From Phoronis australis (taxonomy: Eukaryota > Animalia > Phoronida): 45,830 nucleotides of DNA. Made by a program: the position numbers and the translations under genes. The stretch is taken from assembly GCA_002633005.1 (NCBI GenBank), contig NMRA01000015.1, positions 1 through 45,830 of the forward strand, given 5' to 3'. Positions within the stretch are counted from its first letter, which is position 1; the number at the start of each line of letters is the position of its first letter. This document shows positions 35,300-45,830 of this stretch, in pieces. Under the pieces are notes generated by a model. It saw only the letters and a program-made list of their open reading frames with translations. It was not told where the DNA came from and did no database searches.

Positions 35300-36640
35300 G
35301 AATGCAAAACTACAGTTTTCCATATGCCCCTCTCTGGCAAGGGATAACGGAGACAACTTTCGCTTTGTTTTTTTTTTTCTCGAAACTGTGTATTGCTTGA
35401 GAAAAATTGATGACCTGACAGATAACATCAACTTCTACGTATTTCCTGATATTTGAAAATATAGATATTTTCACATTGAGAGGCCCCGCCCTTGAAGGAG
35501 GCCACTGATGACATTCAAGTGGCCACCCTTTTTGTGTTTTTATTGACAATTTCTTAAGGGGCCGCTCACGGAGAGAGGGCCCAAAGTTGGAATCGATTAC
35601 CTCTATTTTCCTGTTTTTTTGTGAAACAGTGCAACCGGCTTTCATGTGGAAAGAAGTCACTCCCTGCATCGTTTTGGGACCACACGACGGTGGAATGCAC
35701 TGTCACTCTTTTTTCAAAGCTTAGGTGTCCCATCTCAGACGGTACCCTCTTTCGGTGGAGGAGTTCGAGGGAAATGTCCATTTGTCCCTCTATACACGTA
35801 AATCCGACACTGCCAAGTATTCATGATGGAAGTTTAGATTCCAAATTTATCAAAATACACAAAACATTCGTGCACATCACAGCAGTATCAAGACATTCGA
35901 CCCAAACAACCAAAAATGTGAAAAATACAATAGGATTGCCGCCACCGAAAGGGTAAAATTTTGAAGAACGTGAAGACAACTATTTCTGAATTACGCAAAA
36001 GGAGTACTTCCGATGGTTAGTTATAAAATAATGTTACTTTTTCCCGTAGTACCAGAAGATTAGTATCTCTTTTGAAGATGGTTACTATGAATTGTTTGTA
36101 AGGAATTCCCACATGTGGAAAACACTGCTGTCTGGGCTACTATTTGTGATGACCGTGTACATGTCGAAGGGGGTACTCAAAGAACTCCCGCAATCATAAA
36201 CAAAGATTTCATCGTTTTTTTATCAGTGGATTTCAAGTTTACCTCGTGAACCGTTATAGGTACCTCTGAAATGAGCAAAAATACACCATAATACTAATAC
36301 TAATGCCCCTCTCCCATATTCCCCCGGTGACTCGTCAAAAGTCTGCAAGCATGCATGCGGAAATTGCTCATAACATTCCGTTTTGCTAAACAAATTCGTT
36401 GGTTTCTGATTTGCTTGTTTATGTAGCTACGAAATTCCTAATTAGAAGCTAATCTTGTAAGAATTGACGATGTCTCAGTGAATTTAATTGCAGCCTGAAG
36501 TGGGAAAATCCGATCCCGAAATAGTAAGCCATTAGTACACTTTTAGAAGATTTTTGCATATCTAAAGTAGCTCTCAAAGACATTAATGAAATTCGGACTC
36601 ACAAACCGTAGATAGAAAAAATGTCTTAAAAAATCCTTAA
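35300..36640 (+). repeat. Interspersed repeat family X, longest copy
   Basis: Colinear with 7150-8100 and 4800-5720; termini not identified. Confidence 0.8.
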
Positions 36641-37268
36641 ATAAATAAAATTAAACTCATTGCTTGGAAAGGTTGTGTTTGCACTTCCTTAGTGTTTTTA
36701 GTTTCCAGTAGAATTGAGCAATGAATTTTGCTCTTCAAAACTGAATTGATTGTTGTCCTTATTTGCGTGCACGTCATGAGTGACGTACCAACGTTAAATA
36801 TAAGATGTAACAATGCAGTTGGCCCGCTCAGAATCTCCGTGATCCACGGTAACTGAATTTGAACTCCAGGCATTCAAGAAGTGTGTACATGTTTTCGGGA
36901 CACACTATCCACCCCAGCCACCAGAAGCTGGACTACCGGTCGTGTTTCAACTACGCATTTTGAAACAGTCCCAAAGGCACTATACCAGTGACTTCGAGAG
37001 TTTTCCCGAAACTGAATCACAATAAAACGAATCTTGACCTTAGAGCAAGCGAAGACGGCCGGTACGAGCTGCCGGTCTCAATTGAATCACAGCTAAGCTG
37101 ACCAGCATCGGGAATTTAATTTTTAATTTGTATTTTACATTGTTAGATCTCGGCTATAGCTACTTGAGGCAGCTCCTCGCTACCGGTACGTACACTGGTC
37201 CTAGGCTCATTCTTACTCTTCGTGTTGGTTCACGCCTCTTGATGGCTAATTCATCCCCGGGATTGTCC

Positions 37269-37548
37269 CAGGGGCGGATCCAGGATTTGGAGTTGGGTGG
37301 GGGGAGGGGAAGGGCAGAGTATTAGCCAGGGCCGTTTTACCAGTCAGAAATTCGCACCCCCAAATAGAATCTGGGAGAATTTTAAATCCGCCACAGTTCC
37401 CCCCACCTAGGGCGGACGTGGGAGTTTCGGTACAAAAAAGGTGGCAAAAACCGGGAGCACGGGGGGTGGCGGCAATGGGCGGGGGCTGTTTGGCAATCAG
37501 TAGAAATGGTTTGTGCCCCCCAATAATTTTTGCCTTCCTTCGGGCCTG
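37269..37548. mobile_element. Cluster of GC-rich MITE ends
   Basis: CAGGGGCGGATCCAGGA (37269), CAGGGCCG (~37327) and CCTTCCTTCGGGCCTG (~37548); no matching TIR/TSD pair resolved. Confidence 0.4.
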
Positions 37549-38096
37549 ATACATCAACTTGATTTTTTTTATTTTTTTCATTAGTCATTTCAAGCTCTGA
37601 TGTTGACTAAATTGTCTCCAGATGTCATCGTATGTCGTAATTTTAACTTAATGTGATATGCGTGCTCCTTTTCCGATGTTATTCGCTGTTCTTCGAGATG
37701 AGGAACTTCATGCATGTGTACTATGGCCTATGTATGCCTGCCGCATACACTGCGATGCTGGATCTAAGACTGCGAAGATATTTACGGTAAAGTGTATTCG
37801 AATTTCATCATTGAATGCACGTCTTCCCTCACATCCAGTATTTTACCTTCAACAAATAAATGTGCTGGCCCGAAGGGCCAGTTACTTGAATACGAGACCA
37901 CATCTACACACGGCCTATACCGGTATGTGAAAGTTTACTGGCCTGTCTGCAAATCCACAGGCTTTGAGCACCATGTATTTCGAACGCAGCTCAGATCCCT
38001 CCAGAGAAAGCCCAAAGATCTATAAGCCAGAGTTAAACAGTACTGTCCGCTCAAAGATTCAAGTCTAGGCAGAAATCTGCTACCTGCGCCTCCCAT

Positions 38097-39477
38097 AACA
38101 ATAGCAACCCGAAGCGTTGAAATGCGCCCACGAATGCATTGCAAACCGTGTGCTTTTAGAGTTGTTAATTTGTATTATAAAATGGCCACTACATGGCGCA
38201 TAACGTCCAATCCATCTGAAAACCGAACGTGCCATCGCTTCTTTAATAGAAAGCTATTAACCGCATTTCGTAAGAATCTGTCAAGGAACTTCAGAAAAAC
38301 CAAAAAAAAGAACAAAAAATGAAATTACCACAAGGGGGCACAGCGACCGCCTGAAAGTTGTCGTCGTCTGTTAGCTTCATACAAATACACTTACTAAGAC
38401 CCTGCAGTGGGTTTAGGAGATACCGCTATGGGCGCAAAACAAAACTATCACTAGAAGGCGTGACAGTATTCGAAGTCGACATCGTTAACCGTTCTCATCA
38501 CACTGAGAACATACACAATTTTCAAAATCATCCTTAGAATGGTTTGGTTGAGAGAAGTGGACGCTAAAAACCGACTCGAAAACAGTAAAAATGACCACTA
38601 GATGGCGCAAAATACCTTAAATCCATCCGAAAGCGACAGGACAGCGTCACCTCATCTCAACGTGGATTGTAAATCAGTAGTGTCCGTATTTTTTCTAGAC
38701 GTAAGAGCAACACGAACATAATCCAGTGTGCCGACAAGCCAACAGAGCTATCGTATTGAGCCTCGTTTTGAAACACGCCTCCTGTCGGTATGAATTAGGT
38801 CTATAGATGTCCACGTTCCAAATTTTATGAAACTCCGTTGAGGACCTTTGAATATACAGTTGAAAGTAACGAACTAAAATTGAGACTAGGGGGCACAACC
38901 GTAGTGCAATTGATGCTTAAGTCCTCGTCGTTCCTTGTCAACTATCATATAAATTCACTTGCAACACTTAATAAAAGATCCTGCAAACGGTTAAGGAGAT
39001 ACAGCCATGGGCGCAAAAAAACTGCCACTACGGGGTACCACGGAACTCGAAGTAGTCAGTCACCCTCTTCACAGTAACAACATATACGCCAATTTTCAAA
39101 ATCATACCCAGGGCAGTTCGGTTGATAGAAGTGCGGATGCCAACTAACACTCGAAAACAGTAAAAAAATGGCCACAATATGGCGCAAAGTATCTCGAATT
39201 CGTGCGAAAACGGGAGGATGGCACGATATCACCAATAGATACTGAAATGAAAATTTTATGAAAATCCGTTGAGGATATCCAACGAGAGGTAAGCCTAAAA
39301 AACTAATTGCCACTAGGGGGCATACCGGTAGTCGGAGAGGTGCGAAATTTATCATCATCCATGGTCAGCTTGATGGGAACACATCTGCCAAATCTCATCA
39401 AGATCCTGTGAGGGGTTTAGGGGATACAGCTGTGGACGCCCAGACAGAGATGAGGCCAATACGTGGGCGCACATAAA
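38097..39477 (-). mobile_element. Full-length Helentron-like CTCF-motif element (~1.38 kb)
   Basis: Both subTIRs present (ATGCGCCCAC at 38122; GTGGGCGCA at 39463); 3' hairpin CAACGCTTCGGGTTG then CTATTGTT; eight motif positions; ~145-bp foreign insert at ~38656-38802. Confidence 0.9.
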
Positions 39478-39603
39478 GTGGCTAAGTAAACACGCCAAAT
39501 AGCATAAAATAATCTTATTTTCCAACAACAAATAACATTAACAAAAGACAAGACATAATCTGGCAACAAAAGCCAAGATGTTCCAAGTAATAAGATCTTC
39601 AGT

Positions 39604-39609
39604 TTTATT
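39604..39609 (-). terminator. Candidate poly(A) signal of the hnRNP R/Q gene
   Basis: AATAAA on the minus strand followed ~45-85 nt later by GU-rich TGTCTTGTCTTTTGTTAATGTTATTTGTTGTTGG. Confidence 0.45.
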
Positions 39610-42504
39610 GGCACTGTTAAATCTAAAAGTGCTATACAGGGGCTGCAGACAAGACAAGTCCACTTGGCAAGTTGTGTATCTAGCACACAAACACACCAAC
39701 AGGCATGACTGACATGGATCACCCTTTAACCCTGTACTCACGTCTTCAAGAAACAGTAAAAACAAATGTTGAAATAAATCTAGTACATGTAAAATGTAGC
39801 TACCTACCTTCCAAAAACAGTGCATAAAAACTTGATTTTTCAACAGAAATGAAACCAAGGCGGCAGCTCAACATGCCAATAGAGCCTGTTTAACAACAGC
39901 CGCATAACAATTTCTACCTCAATGATCTCTCAGCTTACTAAACTGTGGGGAACCATGTGACCTGGCATCAGCTGGCAGCCACAACAAGAGAGAATTACAT
40001 GACCCATTCTATGTAAAGCAATGTACACAATCAGTAAAATCCTTATGTCCCCTTTATCAAACCAAGTTTTACTCCACAATGTTCTAACACGATTCCAAAC
40101 CAGGCAGCCTTCTTGTAATTCACCTCAAGTAGAAACTGCAGAGGTCTGCCACAGCACCATGGCAATAACACAATTCCCCGGGTGCACTCAAATAACTTTA
40201 AATAACACCTCTCCTGCAAGAACATATCACACAAAGTATAACTCCTGATTCCTTGTAATCCAATTGCTAGCCACCGCTGGTGAGCCACCACTGGTGACAA
40301 TTTCATAACACGATATGGCAACAGGCACTGTTAGATCTTTAACACTAGACTAGACCCCACACATTTCTCCAGTCCTTTGGCACAAATACTCCAACAAACA
40401 TAAGCATATACAAGAGATTCTCCTAGTACATCTAACAACTAATACAGCTTATTTTTTTCATTGAAAACCAAATAATTTTTTTTTTTGCATTTTCAGCTTG
40501 GACAATTTGGCGGCCCAATGGTGCAAAAACATACTTTTGAATTTCTGTTTCTTACCTAAACATACAGGAATAACAATAGCAAGCCTGACAACCAATACAT
40601 GTTTAATTAGAATCAATTATGTTTTCTCGTGTTTATATCATAAAAGCAGATTTTGTAATAACATTTAGAATATGACCAACACCATTCCAAAGAATTATAA
40701 GTTTGCAATACACCGCATCATTTGGGTTGCTGTTACCAAGGGCAACATTTTGCTATATTTTCCACAAATTTCTATTTACGATCTGTTTTGTTCCCAACTC
40801 CAAGCAAACAAAGAGTGACTATTAAATAACGACGTTTTGTTTTAAAGGACAGCAACCCAAATAACGAATTTCAAAGTTTCGATCAACATCATATTTTTGA
40901 AAATTCAAAATCTTTCGACTTGCTCTTTGATGACAGTTTGTCACATCTGAAGATTGACTTGCTCAGTGTTGGCCGTTCACTGTAATAACCAGTTTGCTGC
41001 AAAAGAACAGTGGTGCTTAAAAGTTACCAAACTACAACAAGGCACTCAGCTTGGGTTTCTACATAACAAAACATTGCCAAAATAAGTCATTCAAGTGACA
41101 CCAATTACCAACCAGCACTGCTTTGGGTATATCCTTACATGCTCGGACCAATTTCAAGTCATGAAGCAACTCGAGATAATAGGCAAGTCTTCGTGTATTC
41201 TTCAGACGCTGAAGTTGACAATTAAAGTGGAACTTGCAGGCTAATTCATTATCTCTGTGACTGCTTGGCCAAATCAGTTAGAAACACAACATATAGCAAC
41301 AATGTGAATATGAAGTAGGTTGAAAAATGCCAAATGTTTTCAAGAGTTTTGTGGTGAAAATGAACTGCCACAAACCACTGAAAGGTGTCCAGTAAAAATA
41401 GTGATGAGATGCTGGGGAAAAAACTGCATAGGTCCATGTGAGCCTTCGAGGTACGTCATTAGTGCAAAGACCACCTACTTGCAGATTTTTTTGTTATCAC
41501 ATTTGCAAGTTGTCAATGAATGCAACTGCACATTGTAATAGCGTAGATGATGTTCAAATAGCATTGTAGTTTAGTGCCTGCTATACATTAGCATAGTTAG
41601 GAGCATGCAAATACATCTTTAAAAAGCACAAGGACAAAATAGCTTGAAAAATACAGATTTCCACTCCTAATTCTTATGAAAGACGAGTTTAAAGAATGTC
41701 GATGCTACCCAAGAAACGCACTCGCCTTAACGCACCTGTAACATTATCTCAGCTTGAAGGCTTAATGTCCACCAACTTCCTCTCATGAACACAGGGTGGC
41801 GCTGTGTCTGGTTGCTGGTCTGGGTGGTGTGGCTGTCGTCAGCAGCGCAACAATGTTCCAATAGATTTCATGAAACGGTAATAATCCAGTCTCCAGCCAT
41901 AACCCAATAAGTTGTCGTCGTTTGCAATGACGCATGACACGACGACGCACGTTTTCCACGTCGAGAATGGTGAATTTTCAAAAATGAACATGTTTCTGAT
42001 AACCTTCGTAATCCGAGTGTGTTGGAAACTTTAGACTGGAATGAATTTTGGTCAAAATGTCTTTTTCCAATTTTGTTTTTAGTCCCTGGCGTTGGCTTCA
42101 TTTGCGAGAAAGAAATAAAAAATACATAAGTTAAGATCAAGCAAGAATACATCGTGCAAAGTTGAGATTACATTTGGATTCAGATCATTCATAAAATTGG
42201 TGTCACATTGTTCCATCCTTCGATGAGACGTTATTTCTGAGCGTAGGAAGAATTTACAGTAGTTACTCAAACATCTTCATAAGATAGGTGCCAGTAGCAA
42301 CTCAAATACCATCATAAGACAGGTACCAGTAGCAGCTCAAACACCTTCATAAGACAGGCGAGTTCAATGAATAAATGAAACTTGTCATCAGTATACAAGT
42401 TTACTGAAAAGGTCAGAGACATCCAGCATTTAAAATGTCTTTCATAAGCACAATGTATGTAACATGGTAAATAAACATGATCAAGCATCTGACACTCAAC
42501 ACAG

Positions 42505-42720
42505 TCACACAGGGCAACGCAAGCTTTGATGCCCATGCCTGCCCTGGACCAACTTACGTTTTCCTGCACGAGTGCCCATTCCACAGAAGCCAAAGCCACT
42601 ACGAATCATACCACGTGGCCCACCGCGTCCCCCATACATGCTGCCTCCGCGCATACCACCTCGCGCTCTCATCATCCCTCTGGGACCCATGCCGTGTGCA
42701 CTCGCCATCATCCCCCCACG
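42505..42720 (-). CDS. hnRNP R/Q (SYNCRIP-like) RNA-binding protein, last coding exon (RGG box)
   Basis: TTCTTTTCTTACAG|CGT, phase 0; RGGMM...RGGMRGGSMYGGRGGPRG...GKRK...stop. RGG repeats followed by GKRK match the hnRNP R/Q C-terminus. Confidence 0.8.
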   Translation of the reverse strand, partial: RGGMMASAHGMGPRGMMRARGGMRGGSMYGGRGGPRGMIRSGFGFCGMGTRAGKRKLVQGRHGHQSLRCPV

Positions 42721-43131
42721 CTGTAAGAAAAGAATAACATGGGTTATGTGTTCATAGAAAACTACATAACAGTGTCAACACTAGCAAGGCACTGAATCCT
42801 TGATATTGATGTAATAGACAAAATATCAGTTACTTTTGTACTGTTTAACACAACTTTACTCACAATCATCAGTCAAAAACCTTAGATCATGCACACAGTC
42901 CAGAACTCGCAGACAAAACTATAACCTGAATATTAATGCTACACATTCCAAAAGAACAAGCCCTTGTTGTACCATTGGGCACCATGACAGTCATTTCCAA
43001 CTGCAGAGTCTAGGCTAAATTGCAGCTTAAAATGTGGAGTTACGACACATAATCTCCCATCACTATCTTTCGATGACACCACAATGGACTCTTATGTAAG
43101 GAAACCACTTATCTTCTACAAACATCAGAAG

Positions 43132-43180
43132 AATTGACTACAACTGATTGGATCCAATTGACTACAACTGATTGGATCCA
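43132..43180. repeat. 24-bp direct duplication
   Basis: AATTGACTACAACTGATTGGATCC twice. Confidence 0.85.
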
Positions 43181-43231
43181 TGCGAACTACAAAAATAGTG
43201 GATAAGTTTTCCACTTAATTATGTTTGCACT

Positions 43232-43507
43232 TTATGAGTGACGGCTACTATGACAGTCACGAGGGACGGCTACAATGAGTCATGTGGGACAGTTACTACG
43301 ACAGTGACAGTCATTGGGACGCTTACTATGACAGTTATGAGGGACGGCTACAATGACACTGATGAGGGATGGTTACTATGAGAGTCATGTGGGACAGTTA
43401 CTATGACAGTTATGAGGGACGGCTATGAGTCATGAAGGACAGCTTCTACGACAGTCACGAGGGACAACTACCATGACAGTCATGAGGGACAGCTACTATG
43501 ACGGTCA
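43232..43507. repeat. Degenerate ~25-bp intronic minisatellite
   Basis: GAGGGAC(A/G)GCTACTATGACAGTCAT variants, about 11 copies. Confidence 0.9.
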
Positions 43508-43642
43508 ATTCCACTTACACTTAATCGTTTTAAGGTAGAATTCCACTTGTGCTCAGCTGTTATAACAGTCAATTTTATCCATTTTCTTGTAGTTAATACT
43601 ATACAATCATAATAATCCTCCAAAACAAGGCATGTCACTCAC

Positions 43643-43790
43643 CATGCCTCCCCTGCCTCTGCCGTAACTGTAGTAGTCGTAGTAACCACCGTGGTAGTCG
43701 TCAAACCCAGGTAAGTCCAGTGGACCATGGTAGAAGTCCTCAAAACCACCTGCTGCTATGCCATAGCCTCCAAAATGGCGACCACCAAAC
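43643..43790 (-). CDS. hnRNP R/Q-like, penultimate coding exon (Tyr/Asp/Gly-rich)
   Basis: TTTTTTTTAG|G, phase 2; FGGRHFGGYG...GFEDFYHGP...DDYHGGYYDYYSYGRGRGGM; donor ATG|GTGAGT, phase 0; phases fit both neighbouring exons. Confidence 0.85.
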
Positions 43791-44556
43791 CTAAAAAAAA
43801 CATACATTGCAGGTGGTCTGGCACACGTACCAGATGTGCTCAGACTGCGCATGTGGGTCACAAAACCTAGACCAAATACAATTTAGCTCAAATATGTAAA
43901 ACTATAACCTGTACTTGTGGCAACGAGGAATGCAGTGCTTAACTGTTTAAACAAGTTCACTTATAACTGATGTGCAGGCAAATCTTCCTCTGACTAATAG
44001 CTTGAATGGCGGATTACATTACACAAAGTCTCAAAGCAATCTCAACTATGAACACTTGTCATCTGTCCACACACTGGTGTCCTTACTTCACATACAATAC
44101 TGCTCAACACCAAGGTCCAATCCCATTACAAAATGTTTCAGTAGCTACAACAGTATGAAAAGTCTGAACGCACAACACACATTACAAGGGAACGCAACCA
44201 TTTTGATTAATGTTTAATAAAAACACATATCCCTCATTGTCTTGGAGATCTGTGTTGTTGTATTTAATATCCATGAAACAATGTAAATTGATGCCAACAG
44301 CCCAACAGTGGGCCTGCATCTTGCTTCTCCATCCCTTTCCATTCACCAAACACACTCTCCATCTCCGCCATTTTACTCAATGGAAGTGAACAGAGCACCA
44401 AGATGTGGCTCTTTTGCTCAAACATTTACGTCATTCACTTTAGTTGCTCAATAGTAAATATATGCCAGGGAAACCATCATTAACATGGAAATGACTGTAC
44501 AAGATAACCAAGGATCTTTATTATTTCTCAACAAATTATCAAACAATATGCAACCA

Positions 44557-44785
44557 AATAGAAATATGCGGGCGCATAAAACTGGTTGCGTTGCCCATAT
44601 ATATGACTCTACTGACCTCATACCTAAGTCAAATATGAATATGTGGGCGCACAACACCGGCTGCGTTGCCCATAAACACGACTCTACTGACCCCATACCC
44701 AAGTCAAATATGAATATGTGGGCACACAACACCAGCTGCGTTGCCCATAAATATGACTCTACTGACCCCATACTAAAGTCAAATC
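44557..44785. repeat. 75-bp tandem repeat x3 that duplicates the exon end and splice donor
   Basis: Unit contains minus-strand GTATG(G/A)G|GTCAGTAGAGTC with GT at 44766, 44691 and 44616. Confidence 0.92.
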
Positions 44786-44876
44786 CTGGCCCACTCCTCA
44801 TCCTTCTCATCTCCTTCCTCTTGGATGTCTGTGGTGGCTTGGCAAGGGTTACATACATCTCATTCTGACCAAACTT
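44767..44876 (-). CDS. hnRNP R/Q-like exon encoding the end of RRM3 (upstream exons off the window end)
   Basis: CTTGTAG|AAG; KFGQNEMYVTLAKPPQTSKRKEMRRMRSGPGFDFSMG, where LAKPP..KRKE matches the hnRNP R/Q RRM3 exit; donor GG|GTCAGT, phase 2. Confidence 0.82.
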
Positions 44877-44972
44877 CTACAAGCACAACACACGCTAACA
44901 ATGAAGTACACATTCATAGTACAAGTAAGAATTATTAGCCATGTTGGTCGCATCACGTGACCCAGATCTCTG

Positions 44973-45045
44973 TTCCGACGGGCTTGAACCCAAAACTTTC
45001 TGCTAATCGTGCAGATGCTCTAATCCCTGAGCCACTGGGAGAACC
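44973..45045 (-). mobile_element. tRNA-derived SINE head or tRNA pseudogene (intronic)
   Basis: A-box TGGCTCAGGG, D-stem GCTC/GAGC, anticodon stem TCTGC/GCAGA, B-box GGTTCAAGCCC; acceptor stem broken and no U33. Confidence 0.65.
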
Positions 45046-45608
45046 AATCACTTACAGAAATCCAATTAGACTTATAGGAGGAATCTTACCCAACTTTGGG
45101 AGTGTATAAGCATGTATATCATTGTTGTGTTACAAATCAGCTGAAACAAGATTTAAATATGTGAAGTCTTAGTGTGTTTAGGGGGGGCACAGATCCAATT
45201 TCAAGTGTCAAATTCGGAACACGGCGCAATCGTAACAGAACTATGGCTATACTAAGTATAGGCTCTCCCGCGATATCCCAGACGACCGGCAGTGGCGCTG
45301 CGCACTACGACTCCGTTTCCGTCGTCTGCTTCACTGTGCAATGAAGTACATTTTACTTCATTTTTTAAAGAAAATGGAATCTGAGTGACAATGAAAAAAC
45401 AGAAGCTGCTGGTAAGATGTGAATTTTAATCGAAGCCTTAGTGAATCACTCAGAAACTCATAATTCTCTCTTTGTCAAACTTTAACCTGATGATTTCCAA
45501 AGCAATCGTGTCATTAAAGCCAACACAAAAAAAACGATTTGGTCTATTGGGCAATTGAAGAATATTTTAAATACAACAAATTTGTTACGAACTGATTGCA
45601 CAAAATAT

Positions 45609-45830
45609 AACAAGAGCAACGCGGAGCGTTGAAATGCGCCCACAATTGCACCGCATACGGTATCCTTCTAGGGTTGTTTATTGGTACCATAAAGTGGCCA
45701 GTAGAGGACATACTTTGCAAAATGGAAAGGCATGGTCATTGTCTCCTCAATAGGCTAGGGGCAAAATGTGAGTAATCTTCATAATACAAGCACATCCTAT
45801 ACACCAGTTGCTTAAAGCACCACAGAAACA
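45609..45830 (-). mobile_element. Helentron-like element 3' end, diverged copy near the window edge
   Basis: Minus strand GTGGGCGCATTT-CAACGC-TCC-GCGTTG-CTCTTGTT (subTIR, perfect 6-bp hairpin, TT); similarity fades after ~45750. Confidence 0.75.

Noticed and set aside
41868-42152. Extra hnRNP exon after a polypyrimidine tract
   Set aside because: The tract ends in GCAA, not AG, and the peptide has no family similarity.
44973-45045. Functional tRNA gene
   Set aside because: Acceptor and T stems do not pair and the anticodon loop is non-canonical; kept only as a SINE head or pseudogene.

Overview
AT-rich, intron- and transposon-rich animal genomic DNA; it looks like a marine invertebrate, but the taxon cannot be fixed from the sequence. 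It is a draft assembly with single-N joins at 8495, 10677 and 23701 and a 16-N gap at 33285-33300. Four genes are supported. (1) Exon 1 of a Rab39 GTPase (minus strand), with the rest off the window start. (2) eIF5A (plus strand): a probable TCT/5'TOP non-coding first exon at ~9963 and three coding exons; the last exon is not visible. (3) An uninterrupted 646-aa basic, Ser/Thr-rich ORF with no recognisable domain (minus strand). (4) The last three coding exons of an hnRNP R/Q (SYNCRIP-like) gene (minus strand). The rest is mostly non-autonomous DNA transposons (nested hAT-like, Sola-like, Kolobok-like with a THAP remnant), minisatellites, a tRNA-derived SINE head and two Penelope-type minimal hammerhead-like motifs. 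The most striking signal is a Helentron-like non-autonomous element present in five copies. Its internal ~145-bp tandem units each carry a co-oriented CTCF-consensus motif, so it looks like a mobile, nucleosome-scale array of CTCF sites. All calls were made by eye; no database search was possible.
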